Positions 36,402 through 46,463 are shown, counted from the first letter of the stretch. The stretch is 53,028 nucleotides of DNA from a virus (IMGVR_UViG_3300036466_000505:1-53028); one strand, 5' to 3'. Translations and numbers: made by a program. The notes: generated from the sequence alone by a model not told the origin.

Positions 36402-37979
36402 ATGGCGAAAACGAAAGGGGATCTGTTCTCCGACTTCCTGAACAAAGTGCAGTCCAAGGTGCCTGTGCAGGAGCAGGCCCCTGGCGGGGTTGGAGAGTGG
36501 GCAATCCAGGCCGGCATCCAGCTGGACCGGGGGCGGTTCAGTTTTCGCAAGCACGAGTTCATGGAAAAGCCGTATGCCGACAATCATCCGTTCCAGGTAG
36601 AGATGAAGTGCACGCAGACCGGCAACTCCACCCGCGCGTTTCTGCGTAAGTTCTGGGCCGGGCTATACATGCCGTTTGTCGGGCTGATGTACCTGTTTCC
36701 GTCCAAGACCGGTTCCGGCGATTTCTCCAAGTCTCGTATTTCGCCGTTTGTCGAGCGTAATCCGGAAACCATCGGCAAATACATTCAGGACACGGACAGC
36801 GTGAGTCTGAAGCGGATTAAGGGGAAGAACTTCTACTTTCGCGGCACCCAGTCCACGGAAGGATTGAGGTCTGACCCTGTTGACTTCATGACGTTCGACG
36901 AATTTGACCTCTTCCCGAAAGGCATTGAAACAGTTGCCCGGGAACGTATGGCCCACTCAGATTACAAGTGGCAGCACTACCTGAGCAACCCGCTTTTGCC
37001 CGACCGCGGCATACACAAGCTGATACAGCAGACAGACGAGCAGCACTGGATGCTGAAGTGCCCCAAATGCGGCAAGTTCACCTGCCTGTCGGACACCGTG
37101 TCTGACGACGATATCGGGTGTCTGGCGGAATGGTCGGACGGCCGCGTGACCCTGCTGTGTACCCATTGCCGGGATGCGGAACTCAATCCTGCCGTTGGAG
37201 AGTGGGTGGCCAAACGGCCCAGCGTGACCGAGCGGCGAGGGTACTGCTACACCCAGCTGTTCAGCCAGTACGTGACCCCGGCCGAGATCCTGCACGCATT
37301 TCGGAACGACCCAAACCGAGCAGGCGTGATGAACTACAAGCTGGGCCTGCCGTATGTCGAGGCCGAGAACCGGCTTTCCATCGAGGAGATTTTGAAGCTG
37401 TGCGGCACGGCAGGAATTTCGTCCAGCGATCCGGGGCCGTGCTGGATGGGGGTTGACCAGGGAAAAGGACTGCATGTGGTGATTGGCCGGCTGCATCCCG
37501 ACAGGGTGGTGTATGTGGCCGAACTGAAGGAGTGGGATGAACTGGATCGGCTCATGGATCAGTTCAATATCCTACGGGCCGTAGTGGATGCCATGCCGGA
37601 ACGTCGCAATGCCCGGGCATTTGCAGACCGGTTCCCGGGAAAGGTGTTCGTGAACTATTACAACGAGCACGCCAGGGACGGCGCGGCCTGGAACGAAGGC
37701 AAGATGGTTGTGTCGTCCAACCGAACCGAGTCCATGGACGAATCCCACCGGCTGCTTCTGAAGGGGCTGATGGGGCTGCCCAAGGACTGCGACGCCGTGC
37801 GTGAATTCGCCGAGCACTGCCATAATGTGGCTAAAAAGCTCGAAGAGAAAGAGGACGGCAGCAAGCGATACGTGTACGTGAAGCTGGGCGCAGACCATTA
37901 CCGCCACGCCTTCAACTACGCGGTACTGGCCAGATCGGCCATGGTGAATTCATATTTCGGAGAAGGGGACTTATCATGA
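36402..37979 (+). CDS. terL: Terminase large subunit (GpA-like)
   Basis: MKCTQTG Walker A variant, FDEFD, CPKC/CTHC zinc ribbon, LGLPY, MGVDQG, DHYRHA. Confidence 0.88.
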   Translation: MAKTKGDLFSDFLNKVQSKVPVQEQAPGGVGEWAIQAGIQLDRGRFSFRKHEFMEKPYADNHPFQVEMKCTQTGNSTRAFLRKFWAGLYMPFVGLMYLFPSKTGSGDFSKSRISPFVERNPETIGKYIQDTDSVSLKRIKGKNFYFRGTQSTEGLRSDPVDFMTFDEFDLFPKGIETVARERMAHSDYKWQHYLSNPLLPDRGIHKLIQQTDEQHWMLKCPKCGKFTCLSDTVSDDDIGCLAEWSDGRVTLLCTHCRDAELNPAVGEWVAKRPSVTERRGYCYTQLFSQYVTPAEILHAFRNDPNRAGVMNYKLGLPYVEAENRLSIEEILKLCGTAGISSSDPGPCWMGVDQGKGLHVVIGRLHPDRVVYVAELKEWDELDRLMDQFNILRAVVDAMPERRNARAFADRFPGKVFVNYYNEHARDGAAWNEGKMVVSSNRTESMDESHRLLLKGLMGLPKDCDAVREFAEHCHNVAKKLEEKEDGSKRYVYVKLGADHYRHAFNYAVLARSAMVNSYFGEGDLS

Positions 37980-38689
37980 CCGACATGGAAGAAATGGAAA
38001 GGTTATTGGAAAAAATTTTGGCACCTGTTTCTGGTGCTGCAAAGGATTTTCACATGAAGCCCCTGCACTCCCCATGGCGCACAGCCCCTCAGTACACCGA
38101 CGGCACGCGCACCTACTCCCGGATCGCCGGGGGGATCGGGTGGCCGTCTCACGGCAACCCGGGGTGGTTTTGCGTGCTCGGGGAGGACCGGGACCTGAAC
38201 GAGTACGGGAGCCATGACTTACATGTGCTGGCGGAAGGGGATTCGTATCTCGGGGAACCGGTGATGGACCCGTACCTGCTTTTTGAAAGCATGGCTGACC
38301 AGGGGCAAACGAACAAAGTCGTGTCCTGGTACGGGATGCAGACCTTCCCCAAGCTGGAACTGGTGGCCTTTAACAAAGCGCAACTCCTGCTGAAGCGGCC
38401 CAGGCTTCGGGTGCTGCCGCCGCCGGACGAGGGATCCCGGGGAATGGCCGGATACCTGCAGCTGGTGCGGCGCCGAGTCAGCAGCAGCAAGACGCTGTTT
38501 TTCGGGGAGCATCAGCGTATTGCCGCGGCTCTGTCCGGCCTGCCGGCAGATATCGACGCGCTGCGATACGATGACCACCCGGCAGTCACAGCGCTGCTCA
38601 CGGCCGTTGCCGGACTGGATTTGAAGCAGCTGCCCCAGGAGCCGACCAGGGGCGGGACATTAAAGGCGGACACATACGCAGGGTATTGA
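37976..38689 (+). CDS. Hypothetical protein coupled to terL
   Basis: ATGA overlap; 237 aa. Confidence 0.7.
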   Translation: MTDMEEMERLLEKILAPVSGAAKDFHMKPLHSPWRTAPQYTDGTRTYSRIAGGIGWPSHGNPGWFCVLGEDRDLNEYGSHDLHVLAEGDSYLGEPVMDPYLLFESMADQGQTNKVVSWYGMQTFPKLELVAFNKAQLLLKRPRLRVLPPPDEGSRGMAGYLQLVRRRVSSSKTLFFGEHQRIAAALSGLPADIDALRYDDHPAVTALLTAVAGLDLKQLPQEPTRGGTLKADTYAGY

Positions 38690-38748
38690 TGTCTGCGAAG
38701 TTTGTTTCATAGACATCTGCTAAGGGGCTGAATTTTAAGAGGGAAAGC

Positions 38749-39300
38749 ATGGGCAAGATCGACGACGTACAACTTTTGAAGATGATCAGGGAAGGCAAGA
38801 CCGGGGAGGAGTGCGCGGCCTACTTCGGGGTGGGGAATTCCACGATCTCCCGGCACAAAAAGAAGCTGGAAAAAGAGATGGCCGGGTCGTTTGCCATGAT
38901 GCGGACCGACGCCCTGGTGAAGGCGGCTGTCGAGATCAGAGAGGTGGACGACCTTGGCGTTCTGGTGGCGCAGTCCCGGCGGACCATGGACCTGGTGGAG
39001 CTTGCCCTGCACGGGGAGGACAAGGAGAGTTACGAGGCATTGCGGCGCCTGCGTCGTCTTTCCGGGCAAAAGAACTTTGTGACCATGTACACCACCATGC
39101 TCAAGGAGCTGCGGAATCAGCTTGAATTTTACTTCACCATGCGGGAGCGGGTCGTGGGCCTGAAAAAAGTGGAAGACTTTCAGCGCACAGTGCTGGACGC
39201 CATCACCGAATGCGATCCCGGCACAGCACAGCGGATTGTGAAAAAGCTGGTGGAGATACAGGCCATTCATTCCAGCCTGGATCTCGGGGTGACGCAATGA
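38749..39300 (+). CDS. Putative terminase small subunit (N-terminal HTH plus coiled coil)
   Basis: GKTGEECAAYFGVGNSTISRH HTH and a helical C-terminus. Confidence 0.55.
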   Translation: MGKIDDVQLLKMIREGKTGEECAAYFGVGNSTISRHKKKLEKEMAGSFAMMRTDALVKAAVEIREVDDLGVLVAQSRRTMDLVELALHGEDKESYEALRRLRRLSGQKNFVTMYTTMLKELRNQLEFYFTMRERVVGLKKVEDFQRTVLDAITECDPGTAQRIVKKLVEIQAIHSSLDLGVTQ

Positions 39301-39494
39301 CCGACACCCCGCAGATCCTGCGCGGTTCCCGTGAGATCGCCCGTTTCATGCGGCGCAGCAAAAACGAGGTGCTTCGCCTGATCAAAGAAGAAGGGCTCCC
39401 GGTATCACGGGAGTCCAATTCATACATAACATCGACATCGCTGGTGATTAAATGGCAGGAAGGGCGGTGTTGTAAACTTCATGAGGATATATGA
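39297..39494 (+). CDS. Small excisionase-like HTH DNA-binding protein (possible late activator)
   Basis: LRGSREIARFMRRS...LIKEEGLPV. Confidence 0.7.
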   Translation: MTDTPQILRGSREIARFMRRSKNEVLRLIKEEGLPVSRESNSYITSTSLVIKWQEGRCCKLHEDI

Positions 39495-39673
39495 AAAAAT
39501 TTCTGAGCTACGTAAAACAATACGGCGTTGGGGTGGCGGGCGGAGTCGCATCCCACCTAAGCGGGTTTGAGCCGTTTTCCTGGGAGTCCTTTGTTTTTTT
39601 GGTTTTTCTGTTGTTTATGGTGGAACTGCGTGTTCATGAGGTCGTAAAAATCATGGAGAAAAAATATGTCTGA
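39491..39673 (+). CDS. Small membrane protein
   Basis: Hydrophobic segments; coupled to both neighbours. Confidence 0.5.
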   Translation: MKKFLSYVKQYGVGVAGGVASHLSGFEPFSWESFVFLVFLLFMVELRVHEVVKIMEKKYV

Positions 39674-39959
39674 TCAACAGAAAACATCCATCACCAAGGA
39701 AGACATCGACGCGATTATTCGAAGTTGCGAGATCAACCACTTCAAGGTCGGCGAAAAAACCACGCTGGTGCAGTTGGTGATGCCCACCGGCTTCACACTC
39801 ACGGAATCCTCTTCCTGTGTGGATCCGGCCAATTATGATCATGACATGGGCGTGAATCTCGCCATGAAAAAGGTTGAAGACAAAATCTGGTTTCTGGAGG
39901 GGTACGTGTTGCAGAACGTGCTTGCCGGACGGTTCCAGGATCTGGTACACTCCTCCTAA
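39666..39959 (+). CDS. Phage gp49/gp66-family protein
   Basis: GFTLTESSSCVDPANYD...G...A....KIWFLEGYVLQ signature. Confidence 0.85.
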   Translation: MSDQQKTSITKEDIDAIIRSCEINHFKVGEKTTLVQLVMPTGFTLTESSSCVDPANYDHDMGVNLAMKKVEDKIWFLEGYVLQNVLAGRFQDLVHSS

Positions 39960-39974
39960 ACCAAGGAGGCTCTC

Positions 39975-40184
39975 GTGTACTACCTGCTGCGTGCCCTCAA
40001 GTTTTTGCTGGCGGAACTGCCCATTATTCTGCTGCCCGGATGGATGGTGGTCATCCCGGTGTTGTTTTTGACCCTGCCTGAAGCGTGGGCCGAGGTCGGT
40101 GCCCGGGTGACGGCCGGGATTGCCTGCGCTTCGCCGTTGAGCGCGTTTGTTTTTGCCCCGCTTTTTGAGCGCCTGGATTTCTGA
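39975..40184 (+). CDS. Small two-TM membrane protein
   Basis: SD AAGGAGG; hydrophobic. Confidence 0.55.
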   Translation: MYYLLRALKFLLAELPIILLPGWMVVIPVLFLTLPEAWAEVGARVTAGIACASPLSAFVFAPLFERLDF

Positions 40185-40241
40185 CGCTGTAAACCGTTTT
40201 GTTCCATATCCCCATCAAGTCCTTCCCTGCCAGGAAGGCAC

Positions 40242-40269
40242 AAAAGCCCCGTCAAACGGGGCTTTTTTT
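40242..40269 (+). terminator. Intrinsic terminator
   Basis: AAAAGCCCCGT-caa-ACGGGGCTTTTTTT. Confidence 0.85.
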
Positions 40270-40445
40270 GTGTCCAAAACCTGCCCGTCACCCCCCTCTT
40301 TTCTTCCCACCCCTCTGCAAACCCAAAAAAACCCAAAACAACACCAAAACAAGACAAAGGCAGGCTTCAATATCGCGTGTCCATCTGGTATGCTGTGCAC
40401 TGTGTTGAGATGGTAAAGACACGAAACAATAGCGGAGTTGAGTTA

Positions 40446-40721
40446 ATGCCAAATGAGTCGCGGATATGGGACGGGATAAGCGACATACGGGAGCGAACCG
40501 CCCGCATTGAGACGGGTCTGCAAGGGTTGTACAGCCAGGTTTCTGAGCGGTGTCGTGTTCGGGAAGAGCGGCTTACCAAGGTCGAGCAGTGTTATGACGC
40601 GCTGTCGCTTCGGATGTCCGCCATTGAAAAACGGCTCTGGATCATAGTCGGCGCATCTGCTGTGTTGTCTACTCTGGGGACCAAACTACTGTCAGTTTTG
40701 CTTGGGGAGATTCTGTCGTGA
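40446..40721 (+). CDS. Coiled-coil protein with a C-terminal TM helix (holin/antiholin-like)
   Basis: First gene of the lysis cassette; GGAG upstream. Confidence 0.55.
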   Translation: MPNESRIWDGISDIRERTARIETGLQGLYSQVSERCRVREERLTKVEQCYDALSLRMSAIEKRLWIIVGASAVLSTLGTKLLSVLLGEILS

Positions 40722-41149
40722 ACTGGACCAGGCTTGAAGAGAATTTGATCCGCGATGAGGGGCTGAGGTTGCGGAAATACCCATGCTCCGAAGGACATCC
40801 CACCATCGGCGTGGGGCACAAGCTTCGTCCGCACGAGCGGGACCTGAAAGAGGTTTCCCTCATTGAAGCCGGCCGACTGCTCCGCCTGGACATCAGCGAC
40901 GCCATTACCGACCTCGAGGCGCTTTTCGCCCCTCAGTGTCTGGACCGGTGGACCGAGCCCCGGCAGAGGGCCCTGGTCAACATGGCCTTCAATCTTGGCC
41001 GGACACGCCTGTCCGGGTTTCGAAAGATGATCGCGGCCATCAACAGCGACGACTGGCCCGAGGCAGCCCGGCAATGCCTCGATTCCAAATACGCCCGCCA
41101 GGTCGGGGAACGGGCAGTCAGAATAGCCACCGCACTGCGGTTCGGCTGA
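40718..41149 (+). CDS. Endolysin, GH24 (T4-like) lysozyme
   Basis: [43 protein letters not shown]. Confidence 0.93.
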   Translation: MNWTRLEENLIRDEGLRLRKYPCSEGHPTIGVGHKLRPHERDLKEVSLIEAGRLLRLDISDAITDLEALFAPQCLDRWTEPRQRALVNMAFNLGRTRLSGFRKMIAAINSDDWPEAARQCLDSKYARQVGERAVRIATALRFG

Positions 41150-41156
41150 GGTTTTC

Positions 41157-41357
41157 ATGGAAACATTTTTCAATTTTCTCGCGTCTCAGGAATTTCAGGC
41201 ATGGATCGTCGCCGTCACAGGAGTGGTGACGGCCTGTACTGCCATCACGGCCATCACGCCTACCACTGTGGATAATAAGATTCTGGATGCCTTGCTGACC
41301 GTCCTGAATGTTCTGGCCGGCAACCTTGGCAAAAACAAGAACGCCGATGATCGGTAA
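41157..41357 (+). CDS. Putative holin
   Basis: Two TM segments, ITAITPT..DN motif, basic tail. Confidence 0.65.
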   Translation: METFFNFLASQEFQAWIVAVTGVVTACTAITAITPTTVDNKILDALLTVLNVLAGNLGKNKNADDR

Positions 41358-41556
41358 GTGCCTTGATGTTCTCGCATTCATCACACGCCTGGCGCGCACA
41401 TTCATGGCCCGGGCAAAAGCGGCGGCGCAGCAGCGGGAAGCCGATAAGCTGGCGGAAAATCCTTCTGGCTGGTTTCGCGGTCATTTTTCTCACCAGTTGC
41501 ACACCCACGATGATGGTCAAGCCGCCAAAACCGACACTGACCATCCTGGAACGTGA
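41347..41556 (+). CDS. Putative i-spanin-like protein
   Basis: Hydrophobic N-terminus plus helix; overlaps the lipoprotein ORF. Confidence 0.45.
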   Translation: MIGKCLDVLAFITRLARTFMARAKAAAQQREADKLAENPSGWFRGHFSHQLHTHDDGQAAKTDTDHPGT

Positions 41557-41638
41557 TGACGGCGGAATCTGTCTTGACCGACACAACACCACGCTGCTCG
41601 GCAGTTACATACAAGCACTGGAATCCGGATACCCATGA
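41363..41638 (+). CDS. Putative o-spanin-like lipoprotein (start uncertain)
   Basis: Signal-like [13 protein letters not shown] with lipobox LTS-C; Pro-rich. Confidence 0.5.
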   Translation: MMFSHSSHAWRAHSWPGQKRRRSSGKPISWRKILLAGFAVIFLTSCTPTMMVKPPKPTLTILERDDGGICLDRHNTTLLGSYIQALESGYP

Positions 41639-43569
41639 GTGACACCGTACAGAACATCGGCCGTCTTTTTGCGGCGGAGTTTGAAACCGCTCGTAACGCC
41701 AGGCGCAATCACGAGCAGCGCTGGCTGGACGACCTGCGCGATTACCGCGGCCAGTATGACGAAGCCACGCTGGCCCGACTGGAAAAATCCGGCGGTTCAC
41801 GCCTGTATATCCGGCTCACCAAGCAAAAGGTCAAGACTGTTCTGGCACGACTGATGGATCTGCTGTTCCCGGCCAACGGGGAAAAGAACTGGGGGATCCA
41901 GCCCACGCCCGACCCGGAGCTGCCGCCGGAACAGGTGGCCATGTTTGCCCAGCAGTTCATAGCCCAGACCGGTCAGCCGCCCGGACCCATGGAAACGCAG
42001 CAGTACGTGCGCGAGACCGTCACTAAAGCGGCTGAAGCCATGGGGAAGACCATCGAGGATCAGCTGGCCGAAACCCCTCAGAAGACCGGGTACCGGCAGG
42101 AGATCAAGAAGGTCATCAAGTCCGGACTGGTGTATGGAACCGGCATCCTCAAGGGCCCCCTGGTGACGCGGGCCAGACGACAGGCGTGGGTGCCTGACCC
42201 GGCCACTGGTCAGTTCCGGCTCCAGGAAGTGAAGGGCGACCTGCAGCCGTATTTTGAGTTCGTGCCGATCTGGGACGTGTATCCGGAACCCGAAGCCACG
42301 GAAGTACGGAACTGCCGGTATATCTGGCACGACCACCTGCAGACCAAAGCCGAAGTACTGGACGTGTGCGTGCAGGAACAGATGTTCGACGAGGACCTGG
42401 TGCGCGAATACCTGCGCGACCATCCCGACGGCGACGCCACCATGGAGAACCATGAACAATCTCTGCGCTCCATCGGCGCGGACGAAGCTCCTCGGACCCT
42501 GGACCGCCGATATCGCCTGCATGAGCGATGGGGCATGGTGTCCGCCCGGGACCTGGTCAAGGCGGGCATGGATCTGCCTGATGAGAATGTGGATGAATAT
42601 TTCGCCAATATCTGGCTGCTCGGCGACAAGTGCGTGAAGTGCGTGCTGAATCCCATCGAGGGCGTGCGGTCCTATTTTTATTTCTGGAATTACGACCGGG
42701 ACGAAACCTCGATCTGGGGCGAAGGCATCCCGGCCGATATGCGGGACCCGGCCAAGGGGTTCAACGCCTCCATACGCAAGATGGTGGATTCCTACTCCAT
42801 CTCCGGCCCCATGTTCGGCGTGAACGCCGCAGCCATGGACCCCACCGAAGACCCCCGGGACATCCACGCCAACAAGGCGTTTCTGTTCGAGTCCGCCGAA
42901 GACATCCAGAAGGCTTTGCAGATATGGACCATCCCCGCGTTTATCCAGGACGGGGTGGCCATGACCGGTTTTTTCCAGAATTTTGTGGACGAGGTCACCG
43001 CCCCCCGGTTCATGCAGGGCGACAATCCCACCAAGGGCGCCGGCGGCACTGCCTCGGGGTTGTCCATGCTCATGGGCGCAGTGAACGTGAACCTCAAGGA
43101 TCTGGTCAAAGATTTTGACGACTTCATCACCGCGCCTTTTATCGAGGCACTGTACCACTGGAATATGAACTTCAATCCCCAGCCTGAAACGGCCGGAGAC
43201 TTCGAGGTCGTGGCCCGTGGTTCCACAGCCCTGATGGCGCGGGAGATCCGGGCCCAGCAGCTGATGCAGGCGGCCCAGGTCACGGACTCCCCTCGCTTTC
43301 AGGGCTGGAGCCGGGACGACAAGCTGCTTCGCGAGCTGTTCAAGGCCATGGATGTGGCCGCCACGGACCTGATCAAGACCAAGGAAGAACACCAGGCCGA
43401 GCAGCAGCAGCAGATGGCCCAGCAGGCAGGCATGATTGCCAAGCAGCAGGTCACCGAGACCATGAACGAGATGCGGGCTAGAGGGCTCCAGCCGGAACAG
43501 GCGCTGGTGCAGATGCTCGGACAGAGCGCCCAGGAATTTTTACAGGCCCAGCAGGCCCAGAGGGTGTGA
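41635..43569 (+). CDS. Portal protein
   Basis: 644 aa; YGTGILKGP, WGEGIP, TASGLSMLM, Gln-rich C-terminal barrel. Confidence 0.9.
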   Translation: MSDTVQNIGRLFAAEFETARNARRNHEQRWLDDLRDYRGQYDEATLARLEKSGGSRLYIRLTKQKVKTVLARLMDLLFPANGEKNWGIQPTPDPELPPEQVAMFAQQFIAQTGQPPGPMETQQYVRETVTKAAEAMGKTIEDQLAETPQKTGYRQEIKKVIKSGLVYGTGILKGPLVTRARRQAWVPDPATGQFRLQEVKGDLQPYFEFVPIWDVYPEPEATEVRNCRYIWHDHLQTKAEVLDVCVQEQMFDEDLVREYLRDHPDGDATMENHEQSLRSIGADEAPRTLDRRYRLHERWGMVSARDLVKAGMDLPDENVDEYFANIWLLGDKCVKCVLNPIEGVRSYFYFWNYDRDETSIWGEGIPADMRDPAKGFNASIRKMVDSYSISGPMFGVNAAAMDPTEDPRDIHANKAFLFESAEDIQKALQIWTIPAFIQDGVAMTGFFQNFVDEVTAPRFMQGDNPTKGAGGTASGLSMLMGAVNVNLKDLVKDFDDFITAPFIEALYHWNMNFNPQPETAGDFEVVARGSTALMAREIRAQQLMQAAQVTDSPRFQGWSRDDKLLRELFKAMDVAATDLIKTKEEHQAEQQQQMAQQAGMIAKQQVTETMNEMRARGLQPEQALVQMLGQSAQEFLQAQQAQRV

Positions 43570-43784
43570 TGATGACCGCCAAACCGAAAGGCCGTCACGC
43601 CCTGGAACAGCTCAAGGCCGTAGCCCATACCGAGAGTTCGGCGATCTGGCTCGCGTTTCTGGAAACCGAGATCGACCAGATCACAAACATGATGGTCACC
43701 ACCGAAGATGACGCCACCATGCATCGGCATCAGGGCGCGGTCCGCAAACTCCGCGATATTCTGCGCCGGGTGCAGCGCACATAA
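43566..43784 (+). CDS. Small conserved protein after the portal
   Basis: RHQGAVRKLRDIL motif; usual position. Confidence 0.7.
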   Translation: MMMTAKPKGRHALEQLKAVAHTESSAIWLAFLETEIDQITNMMVTTEDDATMHRHQGAVRKLRDILRRVQRT

Positions 43785-43871
43785 ATTTCAAGAAGAGGCC
43801 CGGATATCCCGGCTCCCTCGAACAACCTTACGTGATGTCGGCCCCGGCTCTGCCCGCCCGGCAAGGAGTGG

Positions 43872-44960
43872 ATGATGCCCGAAGAGATGATGGACGACGA
43901 TTTTGGCTCGGCCTTTGCCGACGCGCTAAAGGGATACGAGGACCCCGGTGATCAGGATCCGCCCGCAGAAGCGGCCCCGGAAACACCCGACGAACCGGCC
44001 GACGATCCTGCACAGGGCGACCCGGCAGAAGGCGAAGCAGCCCAGGCCGACCCGACCGACCACCCTGACCCCCAAACAGGCGACGACCCGGCACCGTCCG
44101 ATACCGCCGACGATCCGCCCGCACCCGCGGCCCCGGACGACGATATCGAGCAGCTGAAGACCAAGGCGCACGGGTACGACTCCATGTTTGGCAGGTTGGA
44201 TCAGGTCCGACGGGAAAATGACCAGCTCAAGCAGCGGCTGGCCCAGCTGGAACAGATGGCCGGCGGACAGCAGGAGCCCCAACAGGCGCAGTCTGGTCAG
44301 CCTCAGTCTTTTGCCCCGCAGGCGGCCCAGATCCCGGAAGAGATCCGGGAGGAGGTGCAGGAGTTTCAGCGGCAATACCCTCATTTTGCCGAGCTGGTCT
44401 CAGACCAGGGGCAGGTGGGCCAGTCGTTGCGCAAGCTCCTCGCTGACTACGGTCCTGAAGTGGCGGCCATCCAGGCCGACTCCGTGGTCACTAGAAACCA
44501 GCTGCAGCAGCAGGTACAGCAGGTGCAGCAGACTTTTGAGCAGGACCGTGCGCAGCAGCTGGTGGAGCAGAAGCGGTCCGCCCTTTTGGGCAATCATCCG
44601 GAACTGGCCGCCGTGGCCGATATCGGCGCGGACGGCAGACTCTATGCCCGCCAGGGCAAAGAGCAGGACCTGCAGGGATACCTGCAGGGCGTGGATACCT
44701 GGATTCGGTCTCTGCCATATGGCGAGGCTGAAAACTGGATGCGGATACAGCGAGAGGGCTCACCCGCAGAGGTGAGCCAGCTCTTGTCCGCGTATCACAA
44801 ACAGACACAATCACAGCAGCCAGCAGCGCAACACGACCCGAAACGGTCCGCCAAAGCGGCAGCGGCAGGAGCGGTCCCGTCCAGGCGGGCCTCTCTGCCC
44901 AAAGCCGAGCCGGCACCGGACGACTTTTCCGGGGCGTTTGCCGCAGCGCTGGCTGAATAG
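43872..44960 (+). CDS. Putative scaffolding protein
   Basis: Acidic disordered N-terminus, coiled coil, DDF.SAFA-like motif at both ends, precedes the MCP. Confidence 0.7.
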   Translation: MMPEEMMDDDFGSAFADALKGYEDPGDQDPPAEAAPETPDEPADDPAQGDPAEGEAAQADPTDHPDPQTGDDPAPSDTADDPPAPAAPDDDIEQLKTKAHGYDSMFGRLDQVRRENDQLKQRLAQLEQMAGGQQEPQQAQSGQPQSFAPQAAQIPEEIREEVQEFQRQYPHFAELVSDQGQVGQSLRKLLADYGPEVAAIQADSVVTRNQLQQQVQQVQQTFEQDRAQQLVEQKRSALLGNHPELAAVADIGADGRLYARQGKEQDLQGYLQGVDTWIRSLPYGEAENWMRIQREGSPAEVSQLLSAYHKQTQSQQPAAQHDPKRSAKAAAAGAVPSRRASLPKAEPAPDDFSGAFAAALAE

Positions 44961-44971
44961 GAGCTTTTATC

Positions 44972-46009
44972 ATGCCTACCGGAACAACCTCTTACGGGGA
45001 CATTTCCCCTCGTACTGCCGCGTATGTAATCAAGGATTTTCTGGCCGTGGGGCTGCCGTATGTGGTGTTTGAGCCTTTTCTTCAGGCGAAAACCATCCCG
45101 CAGGGCAACTCGAAATCCATTGATTTTCGTCGATACAAGGCCTTGGACGCCACTCCGAATGCCCTGACCGAAGGCGTTACGCCGTCTTCCAAAAAGCTGG
45201 AAGCTGAGGACGTAACAGCCACGCTTGTGCAGTACGGTGATTCCGTCACCCTGACTGACGTGGTGTTGGACACACACGAAGATCCGACCTTGAAAATTGC
45301 CACAGAACGCCTGGGGGAACAGGCAGGGGAAATGATTGAACGGACCCGGTTCGGGGTAATGAAGGCCGGCACGAATGTCTTTTATGCCAACGGGACCACT
45401 CGGTCCGCAGTGAACACGCCACTGACAAGATCTCTCCAGCGCAAGGTTGTCCGGGGGATGAAACGGCAGCGGGCCAAGAAAATTACAAAGGCCCTGAATT
45501 CCACGCCGGCATACGGCACTGTGTCTGTGCCCGCGGCGTTTATCGGGGTCGTGCACCCCGACCTGGAGTCCGACGTTCGGGAGATGGAAGGGTTTAAGGA
45601 TGTGGTCGATTACGGACAGGTTACACCGTACCCTAACGAGATCGGGGAGGTGGAAGGTGTTCGGTATCTACTGACAGACTTGAGTGAGCCGTGGGAAGAT
45701 GCAGGAGGCGTTTTTGACGGGTCGGGCACGGAGATGCTGTCCACCTCCGGAGCCAACGCCGACGTATATCCCGTTATTTATATCGCCCGGGACTGTGCGG
45801 GTACGGTCGCACTGCGCGGGTACGGGCAGAAGAACAATAACGGGAAGATGAAGATGGTCAGTCCCGTCAAGGTAATGGTTGTCAATCCGAAGCCGTCGGA
45901 TTCCGACCGTCTGGCCCAGCGCGGCCATGCGGGTTGGAAGACCTACGCGCAGACTGTTATTTTGAACGATCTCTGGATGGCCCGGGCTGAAGTGGCCGCC
46001 ACCGACTAA
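44972..46009 (+). CDS. Major capsid protein, N4-gp56 family
   Basis: YGDISPRTAA, LTEGVTP, QYGD, EIGEVEGVRY, DRLAQRGHAGWK. Confidence 0.93.
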   Translation: MPTGTTSYGDISPRTAAYVIKDFLAVGLPYVVFEPFLQAKTIPQGNSKSIDFRRYKALDATPNALTEGVTPSSKKLEAEDVTATLVQYGDSVTLTDVVLDTHEDPTLKIATERLGEQAGEMIERTRFGVMKAGTNVFYANGTTRSAVNTPLTRSLQRKVVRGMKRQRAKKITKALNSTPAYGTVSVPAAFIGVVHPDLESDVREMEGFKDVVDYGQVTPYPNEIGEVEGVRYLLTDLSEPWEDAGGVFDGSGTEMLSTSGANADVYPVIYIARDCAGTVALRGYGQKNNNGKMKMVSPVKVMVVNPKPSDSDRLAQRGHAGWKTYAQTVILNDLWMARAEVAATD

Positions 46010-46017
46010 TACAACTG

Positions 46018-46049
46018 TTTTCGGCCCGGGATATATCCCGGGCCGAAAA
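46018..46049. repeat. Perfect 32-bp palindrome after the MCP gene
   Basis: TTTTCGGCCCGGGATATATCCCGGGCCGAAAA. Confidence 0.85.
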
Positions 46050-46064
46050 GGAGATAAAAAAGCA

Positions 46065-46361
46065 ATGAGTAAAAAAGACGCCCCGGAAAATGTCTCCGAG
46101 ATGTCGCCCTCGCCCCGCCCCGTTAAAAAATACAGAATCACCATCCACAACCAGGAAGGCCCCGGCGGCAAGGATGATGTTCCCGTAGGAGTAAACGGCG
46201 ATGTTTGGCAGATCAAGCGCGAACACGAGGTGGAGGTCCCGGAGATGGTTTTTGACGTGCTCAAAAACGCCGTCGAAGATCGGTACCACATGGACGCCAG
46301 CGACAATATCGTGCGGTCGAGCTCAACGAGATTTCCCATTTCCTCATCTCTGGTTGCATAG
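46065..46361 (+). CDS. Conserved head-module protein
   Basis: VPVGVNG..WQIKR..EVEVP....VLKNA motif. Confidence 0.8.
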   Translation: MSKKDAPENVSEMSPSPRPVKKYRITIHNQEGPGGKDDVPVGVNGDVWQIKREHEVEVPEMVFDVLKNAVEDRYHMDASDNIVRSSSTRFPISSSLVA

Positions 46362-46463
46362 GAATGTTGTGAAAAAGGGGCTCGTTACTCTGTCCGCTAT
46401 GCCGTCACAGGCCATTACCGATAACCGACAACCCTCAGCCACAGCGCCTCCGAGGGATGCCAT

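Noticed and set aside
46362-46463. Intergenic region as a tRNA or known ncRNA
   Set aside because: No cloverleaf or recognisable motif; only weak stems before the terminator.
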